Part shown: one piece after another, positions 43,302 through 51,372 of the stretch
Layout of the letters: the number at the start of each line of letters is the position of its first letter
Numbering within the stretch: position 1 is the first letter of the stretch
DNA from: an uncultured Coriobacteriaceae bacterium
GTDB lineage: Bacteria; Actinomycetota; Coriobacteriia; Anaerosomatales; CAZWGV01
Assembly (NCBI GenBank): GCA_964633595.1
Contig: CAZWGV010000002.1
Coordinates: forward strand, 211-64,210
Length of the DNA: 64,000 bases
Direction: 5' to 3'
Notes under the pieces: model-generated
Seen by the model: only the letters and a program-made list of their open reading frames with translations
The model's database searches: none
Told to the model about the DNA's origin: nothing
Made by a program: the position numbers and the translations under genes

Positions 43302-43991
43302 GTGCGCGTGAACAAGCGGGCTAGGGTCCGGCTCATCGGAGTTACGGTCATCATCGTGCTGTCTGTTGCGGCGATCCTGGTGGGAGTTGCCGGTGACGAT
43401 GGCGCGTTCCAGAAGACGGTGGGCGATGTCGTCGAGGACGCGTCTCTCGTGGGTGAGCGCATCAAGGTCAGCGGCGTGGTGGTCCCGGGCTCGTGGAACA
43501 AGAAGTCGAACCCGATGGAGTTCGACATCAGGGACGAGGGCGCGCCCGTGGGCAGCCCGACTATCAGAGTGGTCTACTCGGGTCAGGTCCCGAGCACCTT
43601 CGGTGACGAGGTCACGGCCATTGTGACCGGTGAGCTGGGCGCCGACGGCATCGTGGCCGCCACCGACCTCATCACCAAGTGCCCCTCGAAGTACTCTTCG
43701 GGCGCAGAGGCGATCACTGTCGCCACGCTGCTGTCCGACAAGGCCTCTCAAGAGGCGAAGACCATCCAGGTGACCGGATTCGTGGTCCCGGGCTCGATCG
43801 GTGAGCCGGGTGCCAACCCCCGCCTGAAGATCCAGGACAAGCGCGATGGGGGAGAGGCCATATCGGTCGTGTATGACGGTGGCTTGTCCGAGAAGATCGT
43901 CGATCTCACCTCGGTCGTGATCACCGGGCATCTCGAGGATGACGGTACATTCACGGCCGCGAATGTGGCCCTCGCTGGGAAGAAGTCGTAG
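43302..43991 (+). CDS. ccmE: cytochrome c heme chaperone CcmE, CXXXY variant, with duplicated OB domain
   Basis: N-terminal TM segment LIGVTVIIVLSVAAILVGV. OB domain 1 ends in LITKCPSKY. A second homologous OB domain (IQVTGFVVPGS...VVITGHLEDDGTF) lacks a heme-binding motif. Confidence 0.85.
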   Translation: MRVNKRARVRLIGVTVIIVLSVAAILVGVAGDDGAFQKTVGDVVEDASLVGERIKVSGVVVPGSWNKKSNPMEFDIRDEGAPVGSPTIRVVYSGQVPSTFGDEVTAIVTGELGADGIVAATDLITKCPSKYSSGAEAITVATLLSDKASQEAKTIQVTGFVVPGSIGEPGANPRLKIQDKRDGGEAISVVYDGGLSEKIVDLTSVVITGHLEDDGTFTAANVALAGKKS

Positions 43992-44066
43992 CATCAGGCC
44001 CGAGGCCGCCCCGCAGGTGGAGGCCCGCGGGAGACAGATGACGTTTTCCTCTGGAGTGGAGGCCGC

Positions 44067-46142
44067 ATGACGACGATCGGCTACCTATTCATGGCGCTCG
44101 GCCTATTGAGTGCCGTGGTGAGCGTCGCTTCTCTGTTCCTTGGGCGTAGTCAGGGCGAGAAGCAAGGGGAGAGCCTGACCAATACCGGCTACATCGCCAC
44201 ATTCGGCGTATTCGCCTTCATCACGCTCTCGAGCCTGGTCATGATCGGTGCGTTCTTCGGTGAGGACTTCAGCTTCCAGTACGTCGTCCAGAATCACCCC
44301 ACGGACGTCTCCAGCCTCGCCTGGCTCTACAAACTCTCGGCGATATGGGCGGGCAGAGAGGGGTCGTTGCTGTTCTGGGCCTGGCTGCTGGCGGGGTTCG
44401 CGGCGTACGTGGCTTACAAGCGGATGGACACCACCGATCCGCTTTCCAACATGGGCATCGCGGTCGCCAACGTAGTACAGACCATCTTCATCGGTGCGCT
44501 GTTCATCGAGACCAACAACCCCTTCAAGGTGAGTCTCCCGGGCTGGGTGGATCCAGCGACCGGCCAGTTGCTGATCAGCGGACAGGGTGTGGGGATGAAC
44601 CCGCTGCTCCAGCACTGGGCGATGATCCTCCACCCGCCGACTCTCTTCGTTGGCTACGCTGGTCTGACCATCCCCTTCGCCTTCGCGATGGGCGCGCTCA
44701 TCGTCAACGACCCGTCGAAGAAGTGGGTCGAGATAGTCGATCGGATCACGGTCTTCTCCTGGCTCTTCCTGGGCATCGGCATCGGCCTGGGCGCCATATG
44801 GGCGTACGTCGTGCTGGGATGGGGCGGGTACTGGGCATGGGATCCGGTGGAGAACGCGTCGCTGCTCCCGTGGCTCACAGGAGTAGGGCTCCTGCACAGC
44901 TTCACCGTCTACCGGAGGCGTGGCGGCTTCAAAGGCTGGGCCGTGATGCTCTCGGCGGTCACCTATGCTCTTGTGGTTCTAGGAACGTTCATCACGAGGT
45001 CGGGCATCGTGCAGTCGGTCCACGCATTTGAGAAGGATCCCATATCGCTAGTGGTGTTTCTGAGCCTGATCCTCGGTTCGCTCGCGGTCGCCGCGGTTGG
45101 ACTTGCCATGCGCTGGGGGACCTTCAAGGTAGCCGACGAGTTCGAGAGCCTGACCTCCAAGGAAGCGGCCTACTACTTCAACAACGTCATCATGCTGATC
45201 GCGGGACTGCTGGTCGCCTACCTCACTCTCACCTCCGCGCTGCCCCGCTGGCTGCCGGGTGGCGGGATGTCCTTCGGTCCGGCGACCTACGACTCGATCG
45301 CGCGACCCGTGGGCATCCTCTACGTCGCCATCATGGCGGTATGCCCGCTGCTCGCGTGGCGGCGCACTGAGGGCGCCACATTCCTGTCGCGGATCAAGTG
45401 GCCGGCGCTAGGCACAGCGGTGCTCGCGGCGTTCATGCTGTGGATCTGGTATACGCAGCTGTGGCCCATCCACCTGCGGACGAATCCTGGGGACAACCCG
45501 TTCACCAACCTAGTCCACGGCTGGTACGCGATCGTCGGGATGGTGGTCGGTGCCCTTGCCGTCTGCGTGCCCATCTGGCTCTTCATCGACGGATCCCGAA
45601 AGCGCGCGGCGGCGAAAGGCCAGTCCGTATTCGCGGCGCTCTCCGACATCGTCTTCAGGGCGAGGACGCAGTCGGGCGGCTACATCACCCACATCGGCAT
45701 CGGCATCATCCTCTTCGGCCTCATCGGGTCGTCGATGTTCGTGGACGACGTCAAGGCGACCGTGGACCGCAGGCAGGGGGCCGCGTTCCAGGCTGGGGGC
45801 TACACCTTCACGTTCCTCGGGATAGACCAGCGCCAACTGGAGAACCGCGACATCGAGACAGTGATCGGCCTTGATGTGAGCGACGCTACCGGGCGCGTTG
45901 TCGGCCGAGTGACGCCAGGCCAGATACAGTACGCGCTGCAGGAGCAGACCAGGCTGAACGTGGACGTGATCACCAAGTTCCTGCGCGACGTGTTCGTGAT
46001 CTTCGAAGGGGCTGACGAGAATACTGTGGCCGTGAACGTGAAGATCAACCCGCTCATCAACTGGGCGTGGGCGGGCTTCGCGATCACCGTCGTCGGTACG
46101 GCCATAGCATGCTGGCCGAAGCGGCGCCCGGCTGCCGCATGA
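44067..46142 (+). CDS. ccmF: cytochrome c heme lyase subunit CcmF
   Basis: A 691-aa polytopic protein with the WWD motif WGGYWAWDPVENASLLPWL. Confidence 0.93.
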   Translation: MTTIGYLFMALGLLSAVVSVASLFLGRSQGEKQGESLTNTGYIATFGVFAFITLSSLVMIGAFFGEDFSFQYVVQNHPTDVSSLAWLYKLSAIWAGREGSLLFWAWLLAGFAAYVAYKRMDTTDPLSNMGIAVANVVQTIFIGALFIETNNPFKVSLPGWVDPATGQLLISGQGVGMNPLLQHWAMILHPPTLFVGYAGLTIPFAFAMGALIVNDPSKKWVEIVDRITVFSWLFLGIGIGLGAIWAYVVLGWGGYWAWDPVENASLLPWLTGVGLLHSFTVYRRRGGFKGWAVMLSAVTYALVVLGTFITRSGIVQSVHAFEKDPISLVVFLSLILGSLAVAAVGLAMRWGTFKVADEFESLTSKEAAYYFNNVIMLIAGLLVAYLTLTSALPRWLPGGGMSFGPATYDSIARPVGILYVAIMAVCPLLAWRRTEGATFLSRIKWPALGTAVLAAFMLWIWYTQLWPIHLRTNPGDNPFTNLVHGWYAIVGMVVGALAVCVPIWLFIDGSRKRAAAKGQSVFAALSDIVFRARTQSGGYITHIGIGIILFGLIGSSMFVDDVKATVDRRQGAAFQAGGYTFTFLGIDQRQLENRDIETVIGLDVSDATGRVVGRVTPGQIQYALQEQTRLNVDVITKFLRDVFVIFEGADENTVAVNVKINPLINWAWAGFAITVVGTAIACWPKRRPAAA

Positions 46143-46873
46143 CGTCCATGGCCGAGGCTCCGAACCTCGCCGTCCAAGTCCAGGGACTGACTCGCGCATT
46201 CGGTGCCAGGAAGGCGCTCGACGGCGTGTCGCTCGACGTTCCCGCCGGTGCCTTCCTCTCGATCTTCGGGCCCAACGGGGCCGGCAAGACCACGCTGGTC
46301 CGGATACTCACAACGCTCACGCCGCCATCCGCCGGCACTGCCTCGGTCCTGGGACTAGATGTGGTGAAGGACGCCGTGGACTTGCGTGGCCGGATCGGGC
46401 TCATCAGTCACAACCCGCTGCTCTACCCTGACCTCACGGCCGAGGAGAACCTGCTCTTCTTCGCGGACATGTACGGTGTGCCGGACCCCAAGCAGCGGGT
46501 GAAGGAACTCCTCGTCCGCGTTGAGCTCGACCATCGCAGGCTCGAGCCGGTGCGGGGGTTCTCTCGGGGCATGACGCAGCGGCTTTCGATCGCGCGAGCT
46601 CTCCTGCACGAGCCCGAGGTGCTGTTCTTGGATGAACCGTACTCTGGCCTAGACCCGCACGCCATGGACATCCTGGACTCGCTGATCGAGCAGATACGCG
46701 CGCAGCACTCCTTCGTGATGATCAGTCACGACCTCGCAAAGGGACTCGAGCTTTGCAGTCACGCGCTCATCCTCTCAAAGGGATCCGTTGTGATGTTCGA
46801 GCCCAAGGACCGCATCGACCCAGATGCGTTCGCCGCGACGTATCGCTCGACGGTTGGGATGGGGGTGGCCTGA
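46139..46873 (+). CDS. ccmA: heme exporter ATP-binding protein CcmA
   Basis: ATG 46139 overlaps the ccmF stop (ATGA). Walker A GPNGAGKTTLVRIL, Walker B LLHEPEVLFLDEP, and RGMTQRLSIARAL. Confidence 0.9.
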   Translation: MTSMAEAPNLAVQVQGLTRAFGARKALDGVSLDVPAGAFLSIFGPNGAGKTTLVRILTTLTPPSAGTASVLGLDVVKDAVDLRGRIGLISHNPLLYPDLTAEENLLFFADMYGVPDPKQRVKELLVRVELDHRRLEPVRGFSRGMTQRLSIARALLHEPEVLFLDEPYSGLDPHAMDILDSLIEQIRAQHSFVMISHDLAKGLELCSHALILSKGSVVMFEPKDRIDPDAFAATYRSTVGMGVA

Positions 46874-47578
46874 GTGGGCGCTCTTGGCTGGCGCCAGTTC
46901 CGAGCGATGCTCCGCAAGGACATCGTGATGGAGCTTCGGACGCGCGAGATGGTGACCTCGATGGGCCTGTACGCCCTCCTCACGATGGTTGTCTACCAGA
47001 TAGCGCTCTCGCAGGCCGGCACCGCCTTCGATCCCAAGGAGATCGCTGCCGGCCTCCTCTGGCTGGCTTTCATCTTCACCTCGATGCTGGGACTGAACCG
47101 TTCTCTGGTGCACGAGAAGGACCAGGGCTGCATCGACGCTCTACTGCTGTCGCCGGTGGACCGCCCCGTCATTTTCTTCGCGAAGGCGTTCGGCAATCTC
47201 GTATTCCTGCTGGTAGTAGAGATCTTGACCGTCCCCGTCTTCGCCTTCCTGTTCCTTCAAGGCAGAGGCTTCGAAGGTCCGTTGTGGGCTGTCCCCCTCG
47301 TTGTGGTAGCCACATCGATCGGCATCGCCGGGGTTGGCACGCTTCTCGCCACGATGTCGGTGAACACGACCGGGAAGGACTTCATCCTCGCGGTCCTGTT
47401 CATCCCGCTCATGTACCCACTGTTGCTAGCCGCGGTGTCGGCAACCAACGCCGCACTGCTCGGCGGTCAGGCCTATCCGATAGGGATCGTCTGGCAGGGC
47501 CTCGGCATCATAGTAGCTTACGATGCGATAATGCTCCTGGCCGCGTTCGGGCTCTACGAGTTCATCGTCGGCGCCTGA
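46874..47578 (+). CDS. ccmB: heme exporter membrane protein CcmB
   Basis: The GTG directly follows the ccmA stop. A six-TM protein beginning RQFRAMLRKDIVMELRTRE, typical of CcmB. Confidence 0.85.
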   Translation: MGALGWRQFRAMLRKDIVMELRTREMVTSMGLYALLTMVVYQIALSQAGTAFDPKEIAAGLLWLAFIFTSMLGLNRSLVHEKDQGCIDALLLSPVDRPVIFFAKAFGNLVFLLVVEILTVPVFAFLFLQGRGFEGPLWAVPLVVVATSIGIAGVGTLLATMSVNTTGKDFILAVLFIPLMYPLLLAAVSATNAALLGGQAYPIGIVWQGLGIIVAYDAIMLLAAFGLYEFIVGA

Positions 47579-47614
47579 GACGGCGCAGGTGGATCGGCGA
47601 AGAGAGGAGTCGGA

Positions 47615-48370
47615 GTGCGCAGACTGAAGATCGCGTTCGTCTTGCTGCTGATAGGCGGTCTTCTCACAACCGCCGCCTACTTCCTCGCGTTCTTCTACGC
47701 CGAGGTGCCGAGCTTTGGTACCGCGGAGCTTCCTGAGGCGATCGAGACGGCCAGGCCACTCGTGCGCGTGACTCCTGAGGGGGGCATCGTCTACGGGAAG
47801 GCTGACTTCGCGCAGAAGATATTCTACTTCCACGTTCCCGTGGCCGAGGCATCGTTCCTGGTACTCATCATCGCGGCGTACTTCTCGGTTAGGTTCCTGA
47901 CCACCAAGCGCAAGGAGATCGACACGCGGGCTCGCGTGGCGATGGAGGTCACTCTGCTGTTCGTGACGCTCACCATGATCACCGGCGTGCTGTGGACGCG
48001 GGCCGCGTGGGGTGTTTGGTGGCAGTGGGAGCCTCGGCTGACCACGTACTTCATCCTCACTCTGCTCGTGATCGGCTACTTCGTGCTGCGGAACTCGGTC
48101 GAAGACGAGGAGCGGCGCGCGACCTACGCGGCGGTCTTCGCGATCGTGGCGGCGATCGACGCCCCGATCTCGTTCATGGTCACCAGGCTGCTGCCCTCGG
48201 TGCACCCGGTAGTCTTCACAGAAGGGGGCATCGCAACATCGCAATTGATACCGTTCATCGTCGCCCAGGTTGGGATGCTGATGATCGGGTACGCGATCTA
48301 CGCGACGAGGATGAGCGAGGAGCGGCTCAACGAACGTTTGCAGGCAGTGAAGGCTGCCTTGGAGGGCTGA
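47615..48370 (+). CDS. ccmC: heme exporter protein CcmC
   Basis: WWD motif WTRAAWGVWWQWEPRLTT. RBS AGAGGAG. Confidence 0.9.
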   Translation: MRRLKIAFVLLLIGGLLTTAAYFLAFFYAEVPSFGTAELPEAIETARPLVRVTPEGGIVYGKADFAQKIFYFHVPVAEASFLVLIIAAYFSVRFLTTKRKEIDTRARVAMEVTLLFVTLTMITGVLWTRAAWGVWWQWEPRLTTYFILTLLVIGYFVLRNSVEDEERRATYAAVFAIVAAIDAPISFMVTRLLPSVHPVVFTEGGIATSQLIPFIVAQVGMLMIGYAIYATRMSEERLNERLQAVKAALEG

Positions 48371-48425
48371 GGAAGGCGTGACTCGCCCGCGCTACGAGCC
48401 GAGCGAGCAGGAAGGGACGGTGGAG

Positions 48426-48617
48426 ATGGATCCTACAGTCGAGGAGTTGTACACGCTGGTGCTGCCGAACGCCCCATACGTGATAGCCGCGTACGGCATC
48501 TTGTGGGCGGCCCTGGTCGTCTACGTGGGGTTCATCATGCGCCGCGTGATGAGACTCGAGCGGGAGATCGAAGTCGTCGAGGAGTCTGTGGCGCGTCGGG
48601 CGGGTGCGGGGAGTTAG
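48426..48617 (+). CDS. ccmD: CcmD-like small membrane protein
   Basis: A single TM segment PYVIAAYGILWAALVVYVGFIM followed by basic RRVMRLEREI. Position after ccmC. The start could be ATG 48426 or GTG 48378. Confidence 0.7.
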   Translation: MDPTVEELYTLVLPNAPYVIAAYGILWAALVVYVGFIMRRVMRLEREIEVVEESVARRAGAGS

Positions 48618-48762
48618 CTTTCACGTAGCGGTAGGTCGCACTCCCGCAGGGCCGATCGCGACCGCCATGCAGACCTGACCGGCCAGCGGGTTTCGTATAG
48701 GATGGGCTGAGCGAGGGGGTCTCGGCGCTACCCTCACGTTTCGAGTACAGGAATGATGCCCG

Positions 48763-49611
48763 ATGGCGCAGCTGTCTCTCGTCCTGTTCTGGTTCGCGAC
48801 GGCTCTCTACGCCGGCGCGACCGTGCTCTACGGCTACCACTTCCTGTCAAAGCGGTCAGCCTACTCCTGGTACGCGACCTTCCTGACGGGCGCCGGGTTT
48901 TTGTGTCTGACCGCATCCATCGGGTTGCGGTCCAGCGTGACCGACGGTACTGAGCTGACCGGCCCCAACTCGCTAGTGCTGGCTGCCTGGGCCCTGGTGC
49001 TCGTCTACTTCGTGGTCGAGCATGTGGTGAAGTTGAAGCTGTACGGTGCGGTTCTTGTCCCCGTGACGGTTGTGCTGCTCGTGGTGGCACAGCTGCTGGG
49101 ATTGGGAGAGACCACCGGCGATCTCACTGCGGCGCAGCTCGCGCAGCTCGACAATCGCCGCGTCGGGGTGCACGTGGCGCTGGTAGTCTTTGCCAACGCC
49201 GGCTTCCTCGTGGGGGGAGTGGCGTCCATCGTCTACCTCCTCCAGGAACAGCAACTGAAGAGGCACAGAGCGACCGCGCTGTTCCGGCGGTTGCCCTCGC
49301 TGGCCCAGACCGATCTCTTGGCGCGCCGAGCGGTAGCATGGGCGTTCCCGGCGTACACGGCCGCCTTGCTCCTTGGGATCGTGAGGGCCATCGAAACCGA
49401 CGTGGGCGGATGGTACGCGGACCCGCGCGTGATGATGGCCGGGGTCGTGTGGGTGGTGTTCGGCGCATACCTCTACCTGCACTATCGGCGCGACGTGTCC
49501 GGGCGGACCGCCGCCTATCTGGCCCTGGTGGGCGTCACCACCGTCATAGCGCTCGCCATCATCGCCAGGACACTCCCCATAGGCTTCCACGTCTTCGGCA
49601 TCGGAGGCTGA
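48763..49611 (+). CDS. cytochrome c assembly family membrane protein (HemX/CcsA-like)
   Basis: An eight-TM 282-aa protein with a degenerate Trp-rich segment VGGWYADPRVMMAGVVW. Its size and its position beside hem genes recall Bacillus HemX. Confidence 0.7.
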   Translation: MAQLSLVLFWFATALYAGATVLYGYHFLSKRSAYSWYATFLTGAGFLCLTASIGLRSSVTDGTELTGPNSLVLAAWALVLVYFVVEHVVKLKLYGAVLVPVTVVLLVVAQLLGLGETTGDLTAAQLAQLDNRRVGVHVALVVFANAGFLVGGVASIVYLLQEQQLKRHRATALFRRLPSLAQTDLLARRAVAWAFPAYTAALLLGIVRAIETDVGGWYADPRVMMAGVVWVVFGAYLYLHYRRDVSGRTAAYLALVGVTTVIALAIIARTLPIGFHVFGIGG

Positions 49612-49618
49612 CCTCGGC

Positions 49619-50290
49619 GTGGCCGAGGAGGAGGCACGCTACCCGCTCTACCCGGTCATGCTCGACCTGACCGGAGCGCTAGCGGTTGTCGTGGGCGGCG
49701 GCAGTGCCGCTGAGCGCCGCGCCTCGATACTGGCTCGTCATGGGGCCGATGTCGCCGTGGTCACCTCGGATGTGACCGAGGGTCTGGCGGCGCTGGAGGC
49801 AGAGGGGACCATATCCCTGGAGCGGCGGGAGTACGTTCGTGGTGATCTCGAAGGAGCTCGGCTGGCCATCTGCGTCTCCGGCACGGACGAAGTCCTGGAA
49901 GCTGTCTTTGCGGAGTCGAAGGCCCGAGGCTGCCTTGTCAACGTGGCTGGGCGTCCCGACCTCTGCGACTTCATCCTCCCCTCGGTGTTCAGCAGGGGCC
50001 TGCTTCAGATCGGGATATCCACGCAAGGCAGCGCTCCCGAACTCGCTCGGCGGGTGAAGAAGGATCTTCGCCGCCATCTTGGCCCCGAGTGGGAGCGGTA
50101 CGTGCAGCTTGTGGGCGAGGTACGGGGTCTTGCGGCCGAGCAGATCGGCAGCGAGGCAGAGCGGGAGCGCGTGATGGAGGCCGTACTGGACTCGGACATC
50201 TTGGCGCGAGTCCGCGCGGGCGCGGATATCACCGCCAAGAGCGTACTGGCCGAGTTCATGGGCCGCGGCGGCGGAAGCGCCGGACGCTAG
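49619..50290 (+). CDS. precorrin-2 dehydrogenase / sirohydrochlorin ferrochelatase family (siroheme synthase N-terminal type)
   Basis: YPVMLDLTGALAVVVGGGSAAERRASILARHGADVAVV (Rossmann fold) and CLVNVAGRPDLCDFILPSV. Length ~220 aa, as for SirC/Met8. Confidence 0.85.
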   Translation: MAEEEARYPLYPVMLDLTGALAVVVGGGSAAERRASILARHGADVAVVTSDVTEGLAALEAEGTISLERREYVRGDLEGARLAICVSGTDEVLEAVFAESKARGCLVNVAGRPDLCDFILPSVFSRGLLQIGISTQGSAPELARRVKKDLRRHLGPEWERYVQLVGEVRGLAAEQIGSEAERERVMEAVLDSDILARVRAGADITAKSVLAEFMGRGGGSAGR

Positions 50291-50308
50291 CTCCGGGGAG
50301 GAGGTCTC

Positions 50309-51217
50309 GTGTTCGAGGGCGCCAGAGTAATCGTCACCGGCGGGTCGAGCGGCATTGGCCTGGCCACCGCCGAGGCGTTCGCCAGGCAGGGAGCGGACGT
50401 GGGTATCGTGGCCCGAGATCGCACCAGGCTCGAGGCCGCACGTGAGGCGGTGGAGAGCGCCCGCAGGAGTGCCTCGCAGAGGGTGCTTGCGCGCAGCGCA
50501 GACCTGTCCGTCTGGGAGCAGGCGCGAGAAGCAGTCGACTTCATGGCGCAGAGCGGGCTCGAACCCGACATCCTGGTGAACAGCGCCGGTGTGATCCTGC
50601 CCGGAGAGTTCGCCTCCATGCCGCTCGAGCGCCTCACCCAGAGCATGGAGTGCGGCTACTACTCGGTCGTCTACCCCTGCAGGGCCGCCGTTGGGCGGAT
50701 GATCGAGCGGAGAGCCGGACACATCGTGAACGTCGGGTCGGTAGCGGGCTTCCTCGGCGTATACGGATACACGGGATACGCTGCGGCGAAGTACGCCGTG
50801 ATGGGCTTCACTGAAGCTTTGCGCTTCGAGATGAAGCCCTACGGTGTGAAGGTGTCGATCGTGTGCCCGCCGGACACCGACACGCCGGCGCTCGAACACG
50901 AGAAGACGCTGAGGCCGCCCGAGACCGATGTGATCGCCGGCAACATCCGCGCGATCTCGCCGCAGAAGGTCGCGAATTCCATCGTGCGGGCTGTGGAGAC
51001 TGGTCGCTACTACGTCATCCCTGATCGGGCGAGCCGATTCTACTTCCGGCTCAAGGGCCTCCTGCCCGAGGTGTTCTTTGCGATCGTGGACTCAGATGTG
51101 CGCAAAGCCAGGCGGGCCAGAGCGGCTGATGATAGCCTCTCGACGGGCGGGTCGCCGCCCGCCTCCGAGGCCTCCGATAGCGTCGCACAAACGTTGCCTG
51201 AGCAGGCCGAAAGGTGA
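50309..51217 (+). CDS. short-chain dehydrogenase/reductase
   Basis: Motifs VTGGSSGIGLATA, NSAG and YAAAKYAV (catalytic YxxxK). RBS GGGAGGAGG. Confidence 0.9.
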   Translation: MFEGARVIVTGGSSGIGLATAEAFARQGADVGIVARDRTRLEAAREAVESARRSASQRVLARSADLSVWEQAREAVDFMAQSGLEPDILVNSAGVILPGEFASMPLERLTQSMECGYYSVVYPCRAAVGRMIERRAGHIVNVGSVAGFLGVYGYTGYAAAKYAVMGFTEALRFEMKPYGVKVSIVCPPDTDTPALEHEKTLRPPETDVIAGNIRAISPQKVANSIVRAVETGRYYVIPDRASRFYFRLKGLLPEVFFAIVDSDVRKARRARAADDSLSTGGSPPASEASDSVAQTLPEQAER

Positions 51218-51223
51218 TAGAAT
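51194..51223 (+). promoter_or_regulatory. candidate hemA promoter (-35 TTGCCT, extended -10 TGATAGAAT)
   Basis: TTGCCT at 51194-51199, an 18-bp spacer, then TGaTAGAAT at 51215-51223, overlapping the SDR stop codon. It lies 150 nt upstream of hemA. Confidence 0.5.
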
Positions 51224-51372
51224 CACCGCGTTCAGGCCGAGTGCAGGTGGTGCGTTCAATAGCTCTGCCGTGATCGCCCTCGCCGGGCCTGCTTGCCTGA
51301 ACAACAACGCACCGCTCCGGCGAGGGCGTCCCTCATTGAGGGCGAGACAGCGGACGAGGCGGACCTGAGGCT

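Noticed and set aside
46753-47736. A 327-aa + strand ORF spanning ccmA, ccmB and ccmC.
   Set aside because: It is out of frame with three genes that have clear ABC-transporter and WWD motifs. Its translation is Arg/Gly/Pro-rich low complexity.
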